Source: Eledone cirrhosa (lineage: Eukaryota). Taken from it: 64,000 bases of DNA. The notes below the pieces were generated by a model. The model was given only the letters and a program-made list of their open reading frames with translations, had not been told where the DNA came from and made no database searches. Made by a program: the position numbers and the translations under genes. The stretch spans positions 61,504,001-61,568,000 of the forward strand of contig OZ024742.1 in assembly GCA_964016885.1 (NCBI GenBank), given 5' to 3'. Each line of letters starts with the position of its first letter. Position 1 is the stretch's first letter. Shown here piece after piece: positions 56,608 to 64,000 of the stretch.

Positions 56608-57212
56608 GGTCACCAGTTGGTGCTACTAGTAACATGTAGCCCAGTACAACCTGTCCCATGGTCGGGTCATTGGCGACTAAACTGGCAACCCACCAAGGTT
56701 TCTTGGTGAGGAGGGTGACTTTGGACATCCTGCAGGACTAAAAACAAAACCTCTCAAAGGGCAAAGGAGCTCTTAAGAGTCAATGGCCATCCAAAATCAC
56801 CGGGAGAGATGACCCCTTAGCCTTTGTCAAGGCAGAATTCTAGGAGAAGGAAAACTCTGATATAACACCTGCAACTCTGATGGTATCCAATGATGTTGAC
56901 TTGTTCTTCTTTTTGGTAAATATCATCTTGGTTAAGAGAGTGGAACTGGCTTTGTGCAATGCCTTTGCTCACTATAAAAGCTTCACGGCACAGGCATTGC
57001 TTTATATCTGGAGATCTCTCTGCACTTGTCGTCAAATGATACCATGGGCCCAGCACTATGTGTCAATAATTGTCACAAGTGTAGTGTTTGTACCAGAGTT
57101 TTCAAGTCAATGGCTGGACTAAAAAGTCACACTCGTTCAGCGCATCGGTAGGGGTTCTCCTACATGGATATAAAGTAGTGGCCGTACTCGAAAACGAGTT
57201 GGCAGCCACCAT
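56608..57212 (+). mobile_element. RTE-derived non-autonomous element or chimera between (ATGT)n tracts
   Basis: GGAGAAGGAAAACTCTGA resembles RTE 5' UTRs (from memory). CSVCTRVFKSMAGLKSHTR zinc-finger-like end. The 3' tip resembles 56500-56532. Confidence 0.5.
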
Positions 57213-58183
57213 GTATGTATGTATGTATGTATGTATGTGCTCGCGCATGCATGCCTGTGTCGCGAAACGACGAAAGGTAAAATTAATTTCAGATATATTT
57301 GGATTCACAATGAAGAGAACCAGAATAAAACCTCAAGGTATGTTTTCTGACGCTCTGACGACTGTGCAAATTCAATGCTGATAAACTAATTACACCGAAA
57401 GAAAAATGGTTAAGTATGAATAAACAACAAAAAGCATAAATAAATATGAAATCAAATCAGAACCGGAAAACATATTAAAGAAAATATGATGCGAAAATCT
57501 TACTCCTGGTCAAAATCCTGCAAGAGGGGAAATGAACCAATATGAAAACCAACAAATAACTCAGCATTTACGAACTAAGGAACAGAAGAAACGGAATGTC
57601 TGAGTTTATTTGTATAAAATCAATGTTTTAGCTACGTATAGAGACAACTAAAACACACAAGCAAAAGCTACCAAAATCGAATAATGGAACAAGAGGTTAT
57701 CGTCAATTCCAGACGAGGTAATCGACACAAACAATCGACCACCTCATTTCCGACATCCCGGTCGTCACAAATAGAGAAATACAGAAATATATCCACGTTT
57801 TAGAAAGAGGTAAACTTGAATTGAAATCGCTATGGTATAGTAACGTACTGCTAACAAACAAATAAAACAAAAAACACCACTTCATTATTGAAAGGAATGT
57901 TATACCAATAAAAATAGTTTCTAAGCATGGCACGCTGTGTTTTCTTTGTTTATAAAAGTTGTATGCCTTTCTGATTTACTGAGCCAACGGGTGCCATCAT
58001 GATATACGGTGTGTTTTAAACTTGACAGAGCCCAATCCTCTCCGGATCTGAACATAACCGATTTCTTCCACAGACTGAAAGACATAGAGATAGACAGACA
58101 GAGAGAGAGGGAGAGAAAGAGAAAGGGAGAGAGAGAGAGACACACACAAAAGCAGATTACACACACACACATATATATATATT

Positions 58184-58226
<43 letters not shown>

Positions 58227-58239
58227 GTAGGTAGGTAGG

Positions 58240-58271
<32 letters not shown>

Positions 58272-58288
58272 ATGATAGATAGATAGAT

Positions 58289-60214
<1,926 letters not shown>

Positions 60215-60290
60215 ATTTTGGTGGGAGAGATATGAAAGAAAGAAAAATTTCTGTGAGACAAACGAAAAGTGGAAATGAGAGAGAGAGAGA

Positions 60291-60384
<94 letters not shown>

Positions 60385-60800
60385 GAGAGAGAGAGAGAGA
60401 AATAGGAAAAAAACGACCTCCGATACTGGATTGGTACTTTATTTACCGACATTGAAAGGATGAAAATCAAAGTACATCTATCGGCCAGAGTTTAATGTGT
60501 GTTTCCGGGCAGCTTCATACTAATCATTCGACACCACTTATATATAGAGAATTGTTCTTTTTATATGTTGTTTTTTTTTTCATTAGTGTTTATCTGGTTT
60601 AGAATATATATACGCCGTATTCCTGCGTGTTGTAAGAGGCGACAAAATGGCTTGGCACCAGGAAAGGCATCTGAATCTACAACTGTTTCAAAGAACCTAT
60701 ATTTTGAGGCCCGCAATGCTTTAACGCAGAAAATAACCTAAAAATTATTATATGCATATATACACATACGTGTGCATGTATGTAATTATAATATAATACA

Positions 60801-60905
<105 letters not shown>

Positions 60906-60920
60906 ATTATTATTATTATT

Positions 60921-63900
60921 CTTTGAGTCTCAGTCATTGATGTTAGTTAACTGGAAAGTTTGTTGAAATGAATATCAAGCCACTACCTGCAGCCTCAGAT
61001 ATTCAGGACGTATCGGAGGGTTCTTGCTGTTCCCAGCAAGCATGCCTTTTGAAGCGTTCCATAAAGCGTGAAGGGGCCAATGTTCTTTAACCATCCCTGG
61101 AAACTTTTTGAGATAGTACCTAGTGCGCCTATGACAATCGGTACCACTTTGACTTCATGGCAGTTCCAAATCCTTTTTACCTCCCACTTTAAGTCCTGGT
61201 ATCGGTTAATTTTATCCCTCTCCTTCTCTTGCACTCTCGTGTCGAATGGGCAGGCCACATCCACAATCAGGCACGATCTTTTTTCTTTGTCCACAACCAC
61301 CAGGTCAGGTCTAATGTGTTCCAGTTTCTTGTCCGTCTGTATCCTAAAATCCCACAGCAGCTTCACCTGATCGTTTTCTATCACCGACTCTGGCTTATGC
61401 TCATACCACTTCTCAGAATGTGGTAAATTGTTTACTTTGCATAGGTGCCAGTGGATCACCCTGCCCATAATATCATGTCTCCAGCCCTTATACTGAGTCT
61501 GGGCTAGGTGGTTACACTCGGATACAATGTGAGCCACAGTCTCCTCTCTCTCTCCACAGATCCTGCACAATGGGCTAGCCTCCTCCTTGCAAATATGGTG
61601 TTTCAACCACTTCGTTTTGAGAGCCTGCTCTTGCGCAGCCATTAACATTCCTTCTGTAGCCTTTTTAAGGTCTCCTCTTTTCAACCAGTTCCATGTCTGT
61701 GGATCTCTGAATTCAGTTTTCTCAAAGAAGGTACTATGAAGGGATTTTTCCTGAAGGCTGCTCTTTCTCCTTGATGTTATTTCCTCCTTGGACATCCCCT
61801 GGTCTATTGTCCTCTCCTTACTATCAGTCACGTATTTGTGTAGGTTGTTTTTCTCCATCTGAACACAGTCCTCTATGCTGATAAGACCTCTTCCACCTTC
61901 AGGTCTCCTTAAGTAGAGTCTATCGACATCACTCCTCTTGTGGAACATGTTGTAGATAGTCAATAGCTTCCTAGTCTTCCTATCCATTTCTTTTTGTTCA
62001 GCAACATTCCATCTCAGAATTCCCGCACTGTACCTAATAATAGACACAGCTCGGGAATTTACTGCACTTATGGCATTCCTACTGTTCAGATGTGACTTTA
62101 ATACGCTCCTTACTCTCCGAATGTATTCAGTTCTTATCAATTCCTTCATTTTTTTGTTCTTGATGTCATCAGCCTCCAGAACACCCAAATACTTGTATCC
62201 TTCTTCAGTGTCAATTTCCTTTATCATCTCACCTGTTGGTACCTCGATTCCGTTACTTCTGCTCAATTTACTCCTCTTCATCACAAGGACTCCACACTTA
62301 CTAATACCAAATTGCATACATATATCATTGCTGAAAATACGGACAGTGTCAACAAGCACATCCAACTCCTTCTCACTCTTCCCGAAGAGCTTAAGATCGT
62401 CCATGAAGAGGAGGTGATTGATGGTAAGCCCTCCCTTTCCCAACCTGTATCCTGCTCTCACTTTTCGCAGTATACTGGTCAGGGGCATCAGGGCAAGGAC
62501 AAACAACAGACGGGACAGACTATCTCCCTGGAAGATACCTCTCTTGATCTTCACGCTTCCCAAGGATTCTCCAGCTGATGTTAACTCTGTTTCCCAGGAC
62601 TTCATACTTTTGCCCAACAACTGTCTAATGTTATCTGCCACCCTGAAGATCTCCAGGCTTTTGGTGATCCAAGAATGAGGCACCATGTCAAATGCCTTTT
62701 TGTAGTCTATCCATCCCATGGCAAGACCAGTGTGTCTCCTCTTGCAATTCCTCATTACCATCTTATCAATAAGTAACTGGTCCTTTGTACCACGGGACTT
62801 CTTTCGGCATCCTTTCTGTTTGTCCGGTAACAAGTTGTTTGTGTGGAGGTGATGGTAGATTTCCTCAGACATAATGCTTGTCAACAGTTTCCACATTACG
62901 GACAGACATGTGATAGGTCTATAGTTGGTAACATCATTACCCTTGATTCGGTCTTTCATGATCAGAACTGTGGTACCTTTTGTCCACCACTCTGGTCCCT
63001 CACCTGACATCAAGCAGTCATTGAACATGGTTGTCAGTTTCGGGTGGAGGGATGTTATATTTTTAATCCAATACCCCTGCACACCATCTGGGCCTGATGA
63101 TTTCCAGTTGGTTAGTTTTTTGGCCTGCCCCTTAAGAGTTTCAACTGTGATACTCAAATCAGTTTGTTGGTGTGCCTGTTCACTAATCTCCTTCTGTACT
63201 GTCTCAATCCACACTGCCTGGTCATTATGTTTAACATCCTGCTCCCATATTCCTCTCCAGAATGTTTTAGTTTGTTCCGCCTCAGGGATCAAGTCGTTGC
63301 CTCTTTCTTTCCCTTCAAGCTGTCCAAACAGCATCTTCTGGTTGTTGTCAAACATGTGGTTCTGTCTATACTGACTGACTCTGTTCTTGTATCGCCTGAT
63401 TTTTGCACTCTTTGCTACAATGCGTTGCTTCAGTTCCTCTATGATCATATTTAGCTTTTTCCTCCTAGTTTTGTACTTTATTTCCAGTCTATTTATAGTG
63501 TCTATGTTTTGTAGTGTCCCATTCAGTAGGGACTCAAGCTTTCCAATGTCATTTCTCATTTCCCTGATTTGACCACTCAGTCGTTTCTTCCACCAAGGCT
63601 CTGATCTTTCTTGTTTGTTGTTTCCTCTCGCTTTTATACCAAGTAATTTCCTCACCGCATTTGCTGTTGCTTTGAGGATATTGTTGCACTGGTGAAGGCT
63701 CCTCGCCTCAAGGTATGGGATGACTTTGTTTACCTTAGCTGTTGTTTCTTTTAACTTTTTTCTGTCTACAAATCTTATGTTCATAGGTTTCCCACTATCA
63801 TTGTTCAATTCATCTACCACTAAGTTTAGGATATCAACCAAATCTTGTCCTAGCCCGTCAGCATTCATCTCCTCAGTGGCCGTATCTCTGTTCCAGGTAT

Positions 63901-63990
63901 TATTTATTTCAGCTTTCAGATCATTGTCTGCTCCGGATGGTTCCTCCGTTCTCTCGACCTCTTCACCTTCATTTCCCTCTGGCTCGTGGC
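60921..63990 (-). mobile_element. R4/Dong-type non-LTR retrotransposon, 5'-truncated, flanked by (TTA)n
   Basis: About 75-nt 3' UTR. (TTA)n at 60900-60920 and 63991-64000. Confidence 0.92.
60995..63988 (-). CDS. Reverse transcriptase plus CCHC and restriction-like endonuclease
   Basis: Motifs YRPITCL, DYKKAFD, FQGDSLS, FMDD, CRIC...HIVSEC, RHD, RPDLVV...DVACP and KINRYQDL. The frame stays open upstream of the listed ATG to the truncation point. Confidence 0.95.
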   Translation of the reverse strand, partial: HEPEGNEGEEVERTEEPSGADNDLKAEINNTWNRDTATEEMNADGLGQDLVDILNLVVDELNNDSGKPMNIRFVDRKKLKETTAKVNKVIPYLEARSLHQCNNILKATANAVRKLLGIKARGNNKQERSEPWWKKRLSGQIREMRNDIGKLESLLNGTLQNIDTINRLEIKYKTRRKKLNMIIEELKQRIVAKSAKIRRYKNRVSQYRQNHMFDNNQKMLFGQLEGKERGNDLIPEAEQTKTFWRGIWEQDVKHNDQAVWIETVQKEISEQAHQQTDLSITVETLKGQAKKLTNWKSSGPDGVQGYWIKNITSLHPKLTTMFNDCLMSGEGPEWWTKGTTVLIMKDRIKGNDVTNYRPITCLSVMWKLLTSIMSEEIYHHLHTNNLLPDKQKGCRKKSRGTKDQLLIDKMVMRNCKRRHTGLAMGWIDYKKAFDMVPHSWITKSLEIFRVADNIRQLLGKSMKSWETELTSAGESLGSVKIKRGIFQGDSLSRLLFVLALMPLTSILRKVRAGYRLGKGGLTINHLLFMDDLKLFGKSEKELDVLVDTVRIFSNDICMQFGISKCGVLVMKRSKLSRSNGIEVPTGEMIKEIDTEEGYKYLGVLEADDIKNKKMKELIRTEYIRRVRSVLKSHLNSRNAISAVNSRAVSIIRYSAGILRWNVAEQKEMDRKTRKLLTIYNMFHKRSDVDRLYLRRPEGGRGLISIEDCVQMEKNNLHKYVTDSKERTIDQGMSKEEITSRRKSSLQEKSLHSTFFEKTEFRDPQTWNWLKRGDLKKATEGMLMAAQEQALKTKWLKHHICKEEASPLCRICGEREETVAHIVSECNHLAQTQYKGWRHDIMGRVIHWHLCKVNNLPHSEKWYEHKPESVIENDQVKLLWDFRIQTDKKLEHIRPDLVVVDKEKRSCLIVDVACPFDTRVQEKERDKINRYQDLKWEVKRIWNCHEVKVVPIVIGALGTISKSFQGWLKNIGPFTLYGTLQKACLLGTARTLRYVLNI

Positions 63991-64000
63991 TTATTATTAT

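Noticed and set aside
58020-58075. SPDLNITDFF, resembling a Tc1/mariner motif
   Set aside because: Isolated short match without TIRs or further transposase sequence.

Overview
This is eukaryotic, AT-rich, repeat-saturated DNA with no recognisable host gene. It is probably from an octopod cephalopod; that is inferred only from remembered resemblance of the SINE. The window is a mosaic of microsatellite-associated retroelements. Four Tx1/L1-clade LINE copies (one apparently full length) each sit in (GATA)n, and there is one older Tx1 remnant. One R4/Dong-type LINE with a restriction-like endonuclease is flanked by (TTA)n. At least five Penelope-like elements (PLEs; four Naiad-type, one Neptune-type) and many small PLE terminal fragments and fold-backs lie in or beside (TA)n. 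There are also RTE remnants, a decayed mariner and a tRNA-derived SINE family. The most notable hidden layer is about 15 hand-folded type I hammerhead ribozyme (HHR) motifs in the PLE termini. Several have non-canonical cores: UUGANAA (U3-A8) in three unrelated families and CAGAAGA (U4A) in one, with some compensatory changes. One HHR lies in a non-coding 323-bp tandem unit resembling a retrozyme. All folds, alignments and family assignments were done by eye, and boundaries are approximate.
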